In this document: positions 10,260 to 19,953 of the stretch, piece after piece
Numbering within the stretch: the first letter of the stretch is position 1
Layout: each line of letters opens with the position of its first letter
IMG/VR virus record: IMGVR_UViG_3300035661_000050
Length of the DNA stretch: 64,000 bases
Strand: one strand, 5' to 3'
Source: a virus
The notes under the pieces: generated by a model
Seen by the model: the letters and a program-made list of their open reading frames with translations, nothing else
Told to the model about the DNA's origin: nothing
Databases searched by the model: none
Made by a program: the position numbers and the translations under genes

Positions 10260-11468
10260 TTATATTCTTTCTTCAAACTCAGCTATTTTACCCTTTGTAG
10301 GATGATACACTAGGGCTAAGCCAGCTCTTATATTATTAACATAATTGTGATCTAAATGCCATCTATCTACACCAGATAAACTAGGCATTTGTTGTATTCT
10401 AACACCCTTCACTTCTTTAGCCATATAATGGTGTTTATCTCCTGTATGAACTTCTCTATATGTAGCATTCCCAAATTCTGAGGCAGTTTTACCTGTAGCA
10501 AATACTAAAGGAAGGTCATCTATCTTACAGTTCCCATGATGATATCCAATAAAAGTGTTTCCTAATATAGTGGATTTAGTTGTTGAATGTTCTCTTTGGA
10601 AAGATATATCTTTGTCATTCCTGAAGAACACCTCAAGGGCATGTGCTAGATAGAAAGATTTAGTTCTATCGTGATTCCCTTGTACAAGAATGACCTCTAG
10701 TTTATGGCAGTGATTCCTTAAGAAATCAATAGCCTTAACCAGTAGGTCAAATCCATATTCATACTCATTATCATATCCCACCAAAACATCCTGAGGAGTA
10801 CCATTGGTTGTAGTATTGTGATAGTTATCTGTGTGGAAAAAGTCATTTGAAATAGGAAAAACTATCTTGTTTATTTCAAAGCTTCCCATCACCTTCTCTG
10901 TAAGGCCCATTAGAGTGCCTAGAAACTGTTTCATCTTATCAACGATAGTTTCACCCTCTAAGGTCTTTTTAGCCAAATGGAAGTCAGCTATTGACATCTC
11001 AACATCAATCTCCCCACCCACATGCTTCTTCTTACCTGGACTAACATATTTTGGTTTATATTCACCTAAGAACTTTGTAAAGTCTTCTAGTGTATAATCT
11101 GTTGGTTTTCTGAGAGTTGCAAACACTGAAGAGGTAAACTTACCATTACTCTTCATTTTTGTCCAATAGTTAGCAATCTTATACTTCTCTAGATTAATCT
11201 TGTGCAACTTAGCTAGTTCCAAATCATCTTTTGGTTCATAGCTAAGTTCAATTGTACTTTCCATTGAGCCAGACTCAACATTCACTCTAGTGTGATATTC
11301 ACCTATTTCATCACTATCTTCCTCATCATTATTCTTTTTCCTAAGCTCTGATAAGAGCAAATCAACTTCTGATTCAGATATCCCAAGTGTTTCAGCATAG
11401 TATTTTTTGCTTTTCTTACGTACAAGTAGCTGTTCTAATTGAGATAACAAATTAGAAAAATTCGTCAT
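10260..11468 (-). CDS. Calcineurin-like metallophosphoesterase domain protein with N-terminal HTH-like region (402 aa)
   Basis: Ordered metallophosphatase motifs IADFHL, SNDFFHTD, VQGNHDR, GYHHGN, HTGDKHH. N-terminal ..LGISESEVDLLLSEL.. looks like an HTH. Confidence 0.55.
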   Translation of the reverse strand: MTNFSNLLSQLEQLLVRKKSKKYYAETLGISESEVDLLLSELRKKNNDEEDSDEIGEYHTRVNVESGSMESTIELSYEPKDDLELAKLHKINLEKYKIANYWTKMKSNGKFTSSVFATLRKPTDYTLEDFTKFLGEYKPKYVSPGKKKHVGGEIDVEMSIADFHLAKKTLEGETIVDKMKQFLGTLMGLTEKVMGSFEINKIVFPISNDFFHTDNYHNTTTNGTPQDVLVGYDNEYEYGFDLLVKAIDFLRNHCHKLEVILVQGNHDRTKSFYLAHALEVFFRNDKDISFQREHSTTKSTILGNTFIGYHHGNCKIDDLPLVFATGKTASEFGNATYREVHTGDKHHYMAKEVKGVRIQQMPSLSGVDRWHLDHNYVNNIRAGLALVYHPTKGKIAEFEERI

Positions 11469-11569
11469 ATAATAGTATTTAGTTCAAATTGAGTTAAAGA
11501 TACAAAATAATTTTTATATTTACCAAATTAATTTAATAATTCTGGTTATATGCAATAACTTATTTAGTT

Positions 11570-11634
11570 ATAAAATAAAACTCCCAGGGGTAGAAACCCC
11601 CAGGAGGTCCCTGTAAAACCAACAAAACAGGGTT
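11570..11634 (-). terminator. Putative intrinsic terminator / structured element after tail-fibre gene
   Basis: On minus strand the stop is followed by hairpin CCCTGT-N12-ACAGGG (11609-11632), a short GGGG..CCCC hairpin, then a T-rich tract (plus 11570-11582 A-run). It lies in the 166-nt gap before the next gene. Confidence 0.35.
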
Positions 11635-12438
11635 TTAATCTTTTATTAAACGTACAGAGAATCCATCTATCTTATCATATACCGTCCTGAATAGGTAACT
11701 ACTGTTATAGTTCATGTAACGGTACCATGCTGAAGCACCAACTCCACTTGCACTCCACCAGAGTCCGTAGTTCCCAAAATCGAGGAATGTACCATCAAAG
11801 TAACGGAGGCCACCTGGTAATCCAGTAAATCCAGTAGTGTTTGTTGCACCACTATTTGGAACATTCCAATGGATAGTTCCAGTTTCTTTCAAAGGTCCAC
11901 CAGCAATTGGTTCTCCACCTAAAAAGGTTGTTAAAGTGATCCATTCTGCATCTGTTGGAACATGATAACCAACTGGTGCTAATCCTCTCACATCATTAAC
12001 AGCATACCAGTTGTACAATCTTCCATAAGTTGCAGCATTAGCAGGATCATTATTATAATAACACCATGCTCCTGTTGTTAATGCTACCCAAGCTGTAGGA
12101 TCAGTTACTTCAGGAATAGGATCTCCATTTCTATAAGTGGTAACACTTAAATTACATCCTGTCCATATTTGAGAATCTATTGTAACATCAGGAAGTGAAC
12201 ATGTGGTTGTTGTGGTAGTTGTCATAGCTGGAAGATCAATGTAATTTATACAAGCTCCAGCAGACATAATTCTTACCATTGTTGTGCCATTAGGAACTAC
12301 ATAAGATGTATATCCTGCAACTAGGTCAATCTTTAGAACTCCCACCTCAAAAGCTGATATATATCCATCAACATTTGAATATAGATTAAAAGGTCCTGTA
12401 TCAGTTCCAGCTGTAGTTAATGTAATAATTAGTATCAT
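11635..12438 (-). CDS. Tail fibre protein with C-terminal Fibrobacter/Bacteroidetes 'major paralogous' (TIGR02145-like) domain
   Basis: N-term MILIITLTTAGTDTGPFNLYS.. is the shared anchor motif. C-term has GRLYNWYAV, HVPTDAEW, LPGGLRYFDG..FGNYGLWWSAS and AWYRYMNYNSSYLFRTVYDKIDGFSVRLIKD, the hallmark of that domain. Confidence 0.7.
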   Translation of the reverse strand: MILIITLTTAGTDTGPFNLYSNVDGYISAFEVGVLKIDLVAGYTSYVVPNGTTMVRIMSAGACINYIDLPAMTTTTTTTCSLPDVTIDSQIWTGCNLSVTTYRNGDPIPEVTDPTAWVALTTGAWCYYNNDPANAATYGRLYNWYAVNDVRGLAPVGYHVPTDAEWITLTTFLGGEPIAGGPLKETGTIHWNVPNSGATNTTGFTGLPGGLRYFDGTFLDFGNYGLWWSASGVGASAWYRYMNYNSSYLFRTVYDKIDGFSVRLIKD

Positions 12439-12442
12439 TGGT

Positions 12443-14356
12443 TTATGGTGCTATGGTTATTAGTATATCATTTGGTGGTGGTATTGCATTTAATGTAGCA
12501 AGAGCTAATGTAACTGCAGGACCACCAGAGGTTGTACCACATAAAGTTATTGCATTATCAAATGATGTTGTTACTGTCCAACTAGTGGCTGCTAAATTTA
12601 TAATCAATTGATCAAGCTCAGCAGTTGGTATAAAATATGTTCCTCTATCAGCAGTGGGGTTTACAATACAAACATTCATATTAGGATGCCATACACTAGA
12701 TGCACTATATGTATTAACATGATGATTACCATATAGAGAAAACTGTGTTAAATTAGCCTTTGGCATAAAATGAATATCTCCTGTAATTCCAGATAAATCA
12801 GATGTGCCTCCTCCTTTAAAACTAATATAAAATCTTATAAAGTTTGAATGTATAGTTGCAATATCACCATATAATGTGCTAAATCCTCCATGGAAGAATC
12901 TAACACAAGTGGAAGGAATTGTTGCAATATCTCCAGTTATAGTGTTCTCACCACGTACTATCCAATAAGTTGTAGATGCTGGTATATCCATTATATCACC
13001 ATATAGGGTGTTTAAACCAGACACTGTTATTGTTATTAAACTACTTGGTAAATTAGCTATATCACCAGTTACAGTGTTACCTGTTCCTGGAGGTGCTAAC
13101 GTTTCATCATTCTCAAGTGATAATGTTGTCAAAGCTGTACTACCAGTTAAACATGATATATCACCACTTGGACTACTATATCCTTGAATTACAATACGTT
13201 GCATGCTTGAATTAAAATTACAAATTGAACCAACAACTGTATTTAATCCTTTTAAATCAAATTCAACTAATGTAGTGTATGTAGAAAATTCACTTAAATT
13301 ACCAGATATAGTGTTTCTACCTCCAATTACTATTCTAACTATCTGAGTATCAAATGCTCCAGGAAATGTTGATACATTTCCAGCAATTGTATTTAATCCA
13401 TCAATTCTTAATAGAGTGAGTCCTGTTGGTAAATCTATTATATTTCCTGAGAGCAAGTTAGCTTCAGCTCCTAGAAGTGAAATTTTAGTTAGCGTACTTG
13501 GAAGATCAGCTATATCTCCTGTAATTTGTCCACGTAAGCTATAAAGTGTATCTAGATTTGTTGGAATTTGTAAAGCTGTAGAATTTAAATTCCAACTTAT
13601 ATTAGTGATAGATTCTAAATTTACAAGCTTTGTAAGCTCACTACCTATAAGAGTTACACTTCCTGTAGTAAATGATTGACCAGCTATACCACAATTTAAA
13701 GATTTTATTAATTCAAGACTTATAGCTTTAATCTTAATTGTTCCTGTAAAAGGAGTGGCATATATATGATCATCAATTGTATTAAAAGTTTTTGATCCAG
13801 TGTATAAAATCTGAGTGCCATCACCATAATCAATCATCCATGGTATAATAGCTTGATTAGGTGTATATGGACTACCCCAAATTGTAACTTGTCTAGGATT
13901 GAATCTATCAATACCAACAGCTTGAAGATTTAAAGTTGGCCAACAATCTGTATCATCTTGACAAATATCTGTTCCAGATGTAATATTTACAGTTCCACCA
14001 ACATGTGTAATAGAACTTGTATATGTACATACATTAATTGTAACATCTGTAAATGTAAATGTATTTGTTCCTCCACCAAAGATTGACCAACTCACTATTG
14101 ATGTACCAATAATTTCTATTGTGTTACAAACAGGAAGTGATAAATCTATTGTTACAGAATTATTACAAATCAGATTATCAGATTGTACAGTAATACTTGT
14201 AGTTGCAGGATTTGTAATAACTACATTTACACCAGCTTCTAAAGTAGTTTTAAGAACATTACTTAAAAGAGGTGCATGACCTGGTTCTTCATAGATATCA
14301 AAAGGACCAGTGAATGGACTAGATGATGTTAATGTTACTGTTACTATATAAGACAT
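12443..14356 (-). CDS. Tail fibre/spike protein with LRR-like ~23-aa repeats (637 aa)
   Basis: N-term MSYIVTVTLTSSSPFTGPFDIY.. is the shared anchor. Central tandem repeats follow the pattern ..GLNT(I/L)xGDIxx(L/I)PxxL... Confidence 0.65.
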   Translation of the reverse strand: MSYIVTVTLTSSSPFTGPFDIYEEPGHAPLLSNVLKTTLEAGVNVVITNPATTSITVQSDNLICNNSVTIDLSLPVCNTIEIIGTSIVSWSIFGGGTNTFTFTDVTINVCTYTSSITHVGGTVNITSGTDICQDDTDCWPTLNLQAVGIDRFNPRQVTIWGSPYTPNQAIIPWMIDYGDGTQILYTGSKTFNTIDDHIYATPFTGTIKIKAISLELIKSLNCGIAGQSFTTGSVTLIGSELTKLVNLESITNISWNLNSTALQIPTNLDTLYSLRGQITGDIADLPSTLTKISLLGAEANLLSGNIIDLPTGLTLLRIDGLNTIAGNVSTFPGAFDTQIVRIVIGGRNTISGNLSEFSTYTTLVEFDLKGLNTVVGSICNFNSSMQRIVIQGYSSPSGDISCLTGSTALTTLSLENDETLAPPGTGNTVTGDIANLPSSLITITVSGLNTLYGDIMDIPASTTYWIVRGENTITGDIATIPSTCVRFFHGGFSTLYGDIATIHSNFIRFYISFKGGGTSDLSGITGDIHFMPKANLTQFSLYGNHHVNTYSASSVWHPNMNVCIVNPTADRGTYFIPTAELDQLIINLAATSWTVTTSFDNAITLCGTTSGGPAVTLALATLNAIPPPNDILITIAP

Positions 14357-14383
14357 ATTATTATTTATTTTTATATTTCTATT

Positions 14384-15865
14384 TTATACTGTACAATCTA
14401 TATCATCTGTACAACTTGTTCCTGTTATTATACTAGATGTAGCATTTGTACATACACTACTAAAACTATTTTCTTGAATACATCTAGCATATACACCCTC
14501 AGTTAATGTTTCTATCACTTGGTCACCATAACAATTAAAATATGTAATTTCACAAGATCCTCCACGATTTGTTTCTGTAATTGTAATTTCAGTACATAAA
14601 CATGGACTACATGCAAAAATATATTGTGATGTGTCACATGCATTTCCTATTGTCCATGTAACTCCTCCAGGTGTATCAGTGAACGGATCTTTTCCACAAA
14701 CTCTAAGTTTATTACCAATGCCTCCAGGAATCACTGCATTACCAAATCCAGGTGCACCAGGACAAACTGTCCAGTTTACTAAAACTGGAAAAGTACTTGA
14801 ACTAGTAAATTCTATACAAGCACAATCTATACAACATCCAAGATTTGTTAATGTTAAAGTGCTATGTGCTATAGGTTCATAACTTACATCTGCACAGAAT
14901 GTTAAATCTGTTGTACTTCCTGCATGAAAAACACCATTACAATCATAATATGTATAATCATTCAAACTACCTGCTAAATTATATCTTTCACAAGCACATG
15001 TTGTTGTGGTTGATGTGGTACTAGTAGATGAAGTGGAAGAAGATGTTGTTGTTGTTGTAAATATTTCTAAACTAAATGTAAAATCACAAGTGGCAGCAAC
15101 ACAACCATCATCCACTTCTATCACTTGAACTATTGGTCTATCAGGAAGAGAATCTTCACAAGCACAAATTTTTACTGGTGGTGATCCTGCAAATATACCA
15201 GGTACAATAACTGTTATAGGATTTCTATCACAATCATCAAAATTAAATGTAACATCAAAATCATATTGAGTGTTTATGAGTGCATATGTTTTACATACAC
15301 AAGGAATTGAACATCCTTGAGATATAAAACTTATTGTTACATCACAACTTGAAGTTATAGATGCATCACAAGCACAAACATATAAACTTTGTCCTGCATT
15401 AATAGTGATTTCTGTCCAGCAAGGAGTTATACCACTACAATCAATAAACTTAACCACCTCTTCATAAGTGGAGTTATTAGTGAGTTGGTAGGTTCCACAA
15501 CCAAAACATATAGGATGTAATGTTGTAGAAGTGCTAGTTGTGCTTATTACACAATCTTGTATATAATCACAATCTATACATTGCTGTATAATTTGTGTAC
15601 AAAATAGATTAAATATCTCTGTATTATTAATTAATGTATCAATAATATTCTGAACTAGATTTACACCACATAAAGCACTGTCTATCTTTTGAAGAATGAG
15701 AGACATATTATCACATGTGTGTACATCTATACATGGAAGATTAGGTCCTGTATAGAAGACAAGGTCTGTGCTAGTTTTAAATGTTGTGCAAGGATCAAGT
15801 CCACAACCTCTTGGATAAGTGGTTTGTGTATGACCAAAACATGGAGTTCCTGGAAGACAAGACAT
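14384..15865 (-). CDS. Cys-rich structural protein with poly-Thr/Ser linker (493 aa)
   Basis: About 9% Cys. Linker TTTTSSSTSSTSTTSTTTT. Lies between tail-fibre genes. Confidence 0.6.
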   Translation of the reverse strand: MSCLPGTPCFGHTQTTYPRGCGLDPCTTFKTSTDLVFYTGPNLPCIDVHTCDNMSLILQKIDSALCGVNLVQNIIDTLINNTEIFNLFCTQIIQQCIDCDYIQDCVISTTSTSTTLHPICFGCGTYQLTNNSTYEEVVKFIDCSGITPCWTEITINAGQSLYVCACDASITSSCDVTISFISQGCSIPCVCKTYALINTQYDFDVTFNFDDCDRNPITVIVPGIFAGSPPVKICACEDSLPDRPIVQVIEVDDGCVAATCDFTFSLEIFTTTTTSSSTSSTSTTSTTTTCACERYNLAGSLNDYTYYDCNGVFHAGSTTDLTFCADVSYEPIAHSTLTLTNLGCCIDCACIEFTSSSTFPVLVNWTVCPGAPGFGNAVIPGGIGNKLRVCGKDPFTDTPGGVTWTIGNACDTSQYIFACSPCLCTEITITETNRGGSCEITYFNCYGDQVIETLTEGVYARCIQENSFSSVCTNATSSIITGTSCTDDIDCTV

Positions 15866-15884
15866 CTATATTGATTTTAGAATA

Positions 15885-16988
15885 TTAAGGAATGTACATT
15901 ATGTAATAACAAGCTATAGCAGGTTGGTTATTAGCATGAGCAGTGCCTCCACCTGTATAAGATATTGCCACTGAAGTATCTTGTGCAGCTGGTTGACAGG
16001 CTGCTATATTAGTAAAATAAAATGCTGTTTCACCTTGATCTTTATCTCCACCAGCAAATCTAATAGTATTATTATTACTCATATTATCTCCTCCTGTTAT
16101 TCCAAGTATGTCGTGAGTGTGTGTGGGATTAGTAACAGTGGCTGTGTGAGTGTGATTAGGCATTTGCAACTCAGTGAGAGTAATGCTATTCAATCCAGCT
16201 TTTGTATATAATGAGTAACTTGGATTGAAACCTCCAGGATTTACAGCAGCATCCATTCCTGAACCATAAGTGACACCAACACCAATTCTACCTCTTTTAT
16301 CAGGAGTGCCATTTTGACCATTACATAAATATATATCTTGCCAATAATTTTGTCCTGCTCCTGTTATATCAAAAGAATCTCCTATAGCAGGATAGTTTGA
16401 TAGAGGACCATAATATTCCACCACTGTATAAGGAATCATTTTTCCAGATGCTGTATCAGTGGATGGAAGAGAATTTAGATATGCTTGAATAAGAGTGTTT
16501 AAATCAGCTAGTTTTACATAGTTTGTATCTATGTCTATAGCTAATGCTGTAAGAGCAGCATCCACTTGACAAAGCTTATGAATAACAGTTTGTACAATAG
16601 TGTGTGTATCAGAATTAACAAATACACCAGGAAGACAATCTATATCATAATTAGAATTAAGAGTGGCAAGAGCTGCATCTATTATATCAATTTCTCCTTG
16701 TATTTCACAAGTGGCAGCCACTAAAGCTTGGAATAGATTAAGAGCATTAACATCTTCACAATCAGGAAGATACTTACTAACAATATCACAATACACTGTA
16801 GGATCAAGGGTGATTTTAACACCACTACCATCTAATGTAGCTCCTAAGAATGTGATTAAAGCTTGTTCCACATAAGACAGGGAATCTCCTGTTTTGATTC
16901 CAAAAGCAGGAACATCAACACCAGTATATCTTACACATTGGTCTGATATAATATCAGGACAACCGTTATAACAATTTGAGCAGGGCAT
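15885..16988 (-). CDS. Tail fibre protein with phage tail-collar domain (367 aa)
   Basis: C-terminal ..SITLTELQMPNHTHTATVTNPTHTHD.. and ..NNQPAIACYYIMYIP match the tail-collar/MdpB-type domain motifs (LTxxQMPxHTH ... NMQPYLALNYII). Confidence 0.65.
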   Translation of the reverse strand: MPCSNCYNGCPDIISDQCVRYTGVDVPAFGIKTGDSLSYVEQALITFLGATLDGSGVKITLDPTVYCDIVSKYLPDCEDVNALNLFQALVAATCEIQGEIDIIDAALATLNSNYDIDCLPGVFVNSDTHTIVQTVIHKLCQVDAALTALAIDIDTNYVKLADLNTLIQAYLNSLPSTDTASGKMIPYTVVEYYGPLSNYPAIGDSFDITGAGQNYWQDIYLCNGQNGTPDKRGRIGVGVTYGSGMDAAVNPGGFNPSYSLYTKAGLNSITLTELQMPNHTHTATVTNPTHTHDILGITGGDNMSNNNTIRFAGGDKDQGETAFYFTNIAACQPAAQDTSVAISYTGGGTAHANNQPAIACYYIMYIP

Positions 16989-17255
16989 TTATTTAAATTT
17001 TAAAAGTTTTACACGACTGGCTATCATACTAATAGAATAGTGGATAGCATAATCAGGATTGCAATATTTGAATGTAAGTATTCTTCTGTAGTTTAACAGG
17101 TCAGTCATTACAGCACCTTTTGCTGGTAAGTTCAGAGAGAACACAATATTATTATATAGATTGGAAGCAAGTTCTGCTAGCTTATTATCAATATCAGCTA
17201 ATAGAGCAGGAATGCTAGAACATTCTATACAGTTCGTAAGTCTTGGTGATAACAT
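16989..17255 (-). CDS. Hypothetical protein (88 aa)
   Basis: ORF abutting the tail-fibre gene. Its start may be overlapped by a Cys-rich mini-ORF (17214-17366, MAQCKSCGAKVGCGCQLINGLCSYCNGK..). Confidence 0.4.
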   Translation of the reverse strand: MLSPRLTNCIECSSIPALLADIDNKLAELASNLYNNIVFSLNLPAKGAVMTDLLNYRRILTFKYCNPDYAIHYSISMIASRVKLLKFK

Positions 17256-17368
17256 GTTTAAATTTGTTTACTCCTTGTTTCAACTTTCCATTACAGTATG
17301 AACAAAGACCATTAATCAATTGACATCCACAGCCAACTTTAGCTCCACATGATTTACATTGTGCCATA

Positions 17369-17935
17369 TTAATAAAAGTTATTTACAAAATTAGTACCAG
17401 AACAATAGCAATTGTTCTTTATAAAATTGTCAAGCATTCTGCTTGCTTGTGTATATAATGTATTAGCTTGGTCTATAGCACATGTATTAGCAGCAGCAAT
17501 AGATCCTTGAATAAAGAAATATACACTATTTAAATCCACCTTCTGTTGCATTTTAATAGCTCTATCACATTCCATCATATCAAGCTTCATAAAAGCTTCA
17601 TCAAATCTTTCTTGTAATCTGTCCACTCTCATTATGTTCTTTTCTACAAAATTCTCATAAGCTGGTGATACAGAATACTTTATATAATATACTCCATCAG
17701 GAAGTGGAACAAGTGGTTCACCAACTTGTGTCATTCCAAAGGAAGCAGAATTAAATATGTTAAAATCGTTTATTGTGAAAGGAAGACTAACTATGCCATA
17801 TGTAGGAATGTTTATCTCTATGGTGGGAGCTGTTACAAGAGGACTTGTAGGGTAGGTAGATGCATCAGCAATCCCTAATGTAAATGTATTATATGTAGGA
17901 ACTACTAAAAAATCTAACTTTAATGTTGTTGACAT
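17369..17935 (-). CDS. Hypothetical structural protein (188 aa)
   Basis: ORF in structural block, preceded on its transcript by a nested hairpin. Confidence 0.55.
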   Translation of the reverse strand: MSTTLKLDFLVVPTYNTFTLGIADASTYPTSPLVTAPTIEINIPTYGIVSLPFTINDFNIFNSASFGMTQVGEPLVPLPDGVYYIKYSVSPAYENFVEKNIMRVDRLQERFDEAFMKLDMMECDRAIKMQQKVDLNSVYFFIQGSIAAANTCAIDQANTLYTQASRMLDNFIKNNCYCSGTNFVNNFY

Positions 17936-17951
17936 ATTATTCTAAATAATA

Positions 17952-17994
17952 ATGCCAGAGGATTCTGAGTTTTAATCCTCTCACCCCCTGGCAT
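17952..17994 (-). promoter_or_regulatory. Nested stem-loop (ATGCCAG / AGGATT-loop-AATCCT / bulge / CTGGCAT) in intergenic gap
   Basis: Perfect 7-bp outer and 6-bp inner stems seen directly. Sits between the stop of 18019-19194 and the start of 17369-17935. Candidate partial terminator or processing/stability element. Confidence 0.4.
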
Positions 17995-18018
17995 TGGTTA
18001 TATGATTATTTCTCTTTA

Positions 18019-19194
18019 TTAAGGAATCAGCGTGCTAGTTGATGAAGTAGTAGGCCATACAGTGGTAGTAGTTGATGTAGTAGTTATACATGCATTATCA
18101 TCAAGAACAGTACCAAGAGCAGCTTCTAAAACAACCTGAATAGCAGCAGATATACCACTAACAGTAGCATTAGGAGCAGCAACGATCACCATGCTATCTT
18201 CCATGATATAATCACCCCATTGATAAGCACTCTTATCATACTCATTAAATTTAATGTAATAAGTATCATAAGTGGTACCTGAGTTAACCCAGCTTTCAAA
18301 ATTCTCGTTATAACCAACCATCCTGTAAAGATGCTTCAAATAACCAGCTTGATAGCTGTAGTAGTTTTTCTCTAATTGTGCAATCTCTTCAGATGTACCA
18401 GTTGGATAGCTAGCACGTTGTGTAATTTCAGCAGTTGCAACAATATTACATTTGTCAGCAACAATGAAATCAGCAGTAGTAGCTGGACCAGAATAAACGA
18501 AAGTACGGAAGTACATTCTGTCATATTCAAAAGGGAATGCAGCAACATCACAAGGTTGACCATACTTAGTTAGAGGTTTACCAGAGATGCGAAGAATAGC
18601 ATTATCATCATTACCAATTCTTTGGAATTGATAGAATGTGCTAAAGCTAATGTTGTCAGGGTTGTTACCTGGAGCACGTAGTTCAAGTTTGAAGATTAAC
18701 TCATCAATCAAAGCAGGAACATCAGTGTTCTCACAAGGATCACCACCACAATCGCAGCAAGGAGCTTGAACTGTAACAGAGCGTGTGAAACCATTGAAAT
18801 ACAATGTGTCAATGTAACTAGAATGAGCACGAAGTGTAAGAGTGATGATATCACCACATTTCACTGTGAAATTAGTTACATCAGTTACTTGGTTTACAGG
18901 AGTAGGACAACCACTCACTTTGTACCATTCAGTAACATTAGATCTACAAGCACCACCTTCTACACATCCAGCAATTTTGTCTGAACGTTTAGATCCTTGT
19001 AAATAAGTGTTTGTTCTACCTTGTGCAAGATAGAAATAAGGAGCATTTGCAATAGTGACATTTGTTGCAGCATAATAATCATTCAGGAAAATCCCGAATT
19101 GACCAGCTGTAAGGTTCTGCGTAGAGACAGAGCTAGGTAAACTTGTTTGACCTACTGGCACCACGAAGAGGGTAGTTAATGAAAAATCAGCCAT
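18019..19194 (-). CDS. Structural protein (391 aa), Cys-containing with C-terminal Thr/Ser tail
   Basis: ORF with C-term ..TTTSTTTTVWPTTSSTSTLIP. Possibly a tail tube or other abundant virion component, inferred from position only. Confidence 0.55.
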   Translation of the reverse strand: MADFSLTTLFVVPVGQTSLPSSVSTQNLTAGQFGIFLNDYYAATNVTIANAPYFYLAQGRTNTYLQGSKRSDKIAGCVEGGACRSNVTEWYKVSGCPTPVNQVTDVTNFTVKCGDIITLTLRAHSSYIDTLYFNGFTRSVTVQAPCCDCGGDPCENTDVPALIDELIFKLELRAPGNNPDNISFSTFYQFQRIGNDDNAILRISGKPLTKYGQPCDVAAFPFEYDRMYFRTFVYSGPATTADFIVADKCNIVATAEITQRASYPTGTSEEIAQLEKNYYSYQAGYLKHLYRMVGYNENFESWVNSGTTYDTYYIKFNEYDKSAYQWGDYIMEDSMVIVAAPNATVSGISAAIQVVLEAALGTVLDDNACITTTSTTTTVWPTTSSTSTLIP

Positions 19195-19221
19195 TTTTAT
19201 TTATTTTAATTGTTAAAAAAC

Positions 19222-19953
19222 TTATTCATTTGTCTGTATTCTGTACTGAGCACTTTGAACAGCAGACGCATTTTCTGTGTACATTGCAAGATTTTGAACT
19301 GTTAGGTCTAGAAGTTCATCTTCCAGATATGTTTCTAATTCACAATCTTCATTGAATGATGGTTGACCATCAAGCATTATATATCCCACTTTATTTATGT
19401 ACTTGGGATATCTCATATACATTATATTTATAGTTTTAGGAATAAATGTCCCATCTGTAAATATACTTATTTCATCAGAGGATATGAAGTTAAAGGTTTC
19501 TTGGTATTCAAACGATGGTCTGTAATGTGTGTTGGTCAAACAGAATTGAAGATCACCATGTTTTGCAAGATCCCTATTAATCCAAATCTTTCTATCCTTA
19601 CATCTTCCTTTATCAGCAATTACATAACTATCTACATAGAACATGTATGTTGGTACAAGAAGATGAATATTTGCTCTCCACTGATTTAATTCAGGATTCA
19701 TTAGAGAAAGATCTAATGGTTGGTTATTATATGAAACCACCAAACTTTGAAGATCTTCATATCTCTTTTTAAAGGCATCAAGTCCTAATCCAGAGACAGT
19801 ATTAATTCCATCAACCTTTTGTTTTATCAGCTTGATTTGAGCCTCATTGAGAGCTAAAATCTTATCTTCTAGTTGAATTTGCTGATGATCATTTGTTGAT
19901 AGTTTATTTAGTTTCTGATCTATTTTATATAATAAACTATCTACAGGTATCAT
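19222..19953 (-). CDS. Hypothetical head/neck protein (243 aa)
   Basis: ORF with ATGA overlap with the upstream gene. Confidence 0.55.
   Translation of the reverse strand: MIPVDSLLYKIDQKLNKLSTNDHQQIQLEDKILALNEAQIKLIKQKVDGINTVSGLGLDAFKKRYEDLQSLVVSYNNQPLDLSLMNPELNQWRANIHLLVPTYMFYVDSYVIADKGRCKDRKIWINRDLAKHGDLQFCLTNTHYRPSFEYQETFNFISSDEISIFTDGTFIPKTINIMYMRYPKYINKVGYIMLDGQPSFNEDCELETYLEDELLDLTVQNLAMYTENASAVQSAQYRIQTNE

Noticed and set aside
11581-11604. Apparent hairpin CTCCCAGGGG...CCCCCAGGAGG
   Set aside because: The arms are direct repeats, not reverse complements. Only a weak 4-5-bp GGGG/CCCC stem forms, so it is reported only as part of a low-confidence terminator region.
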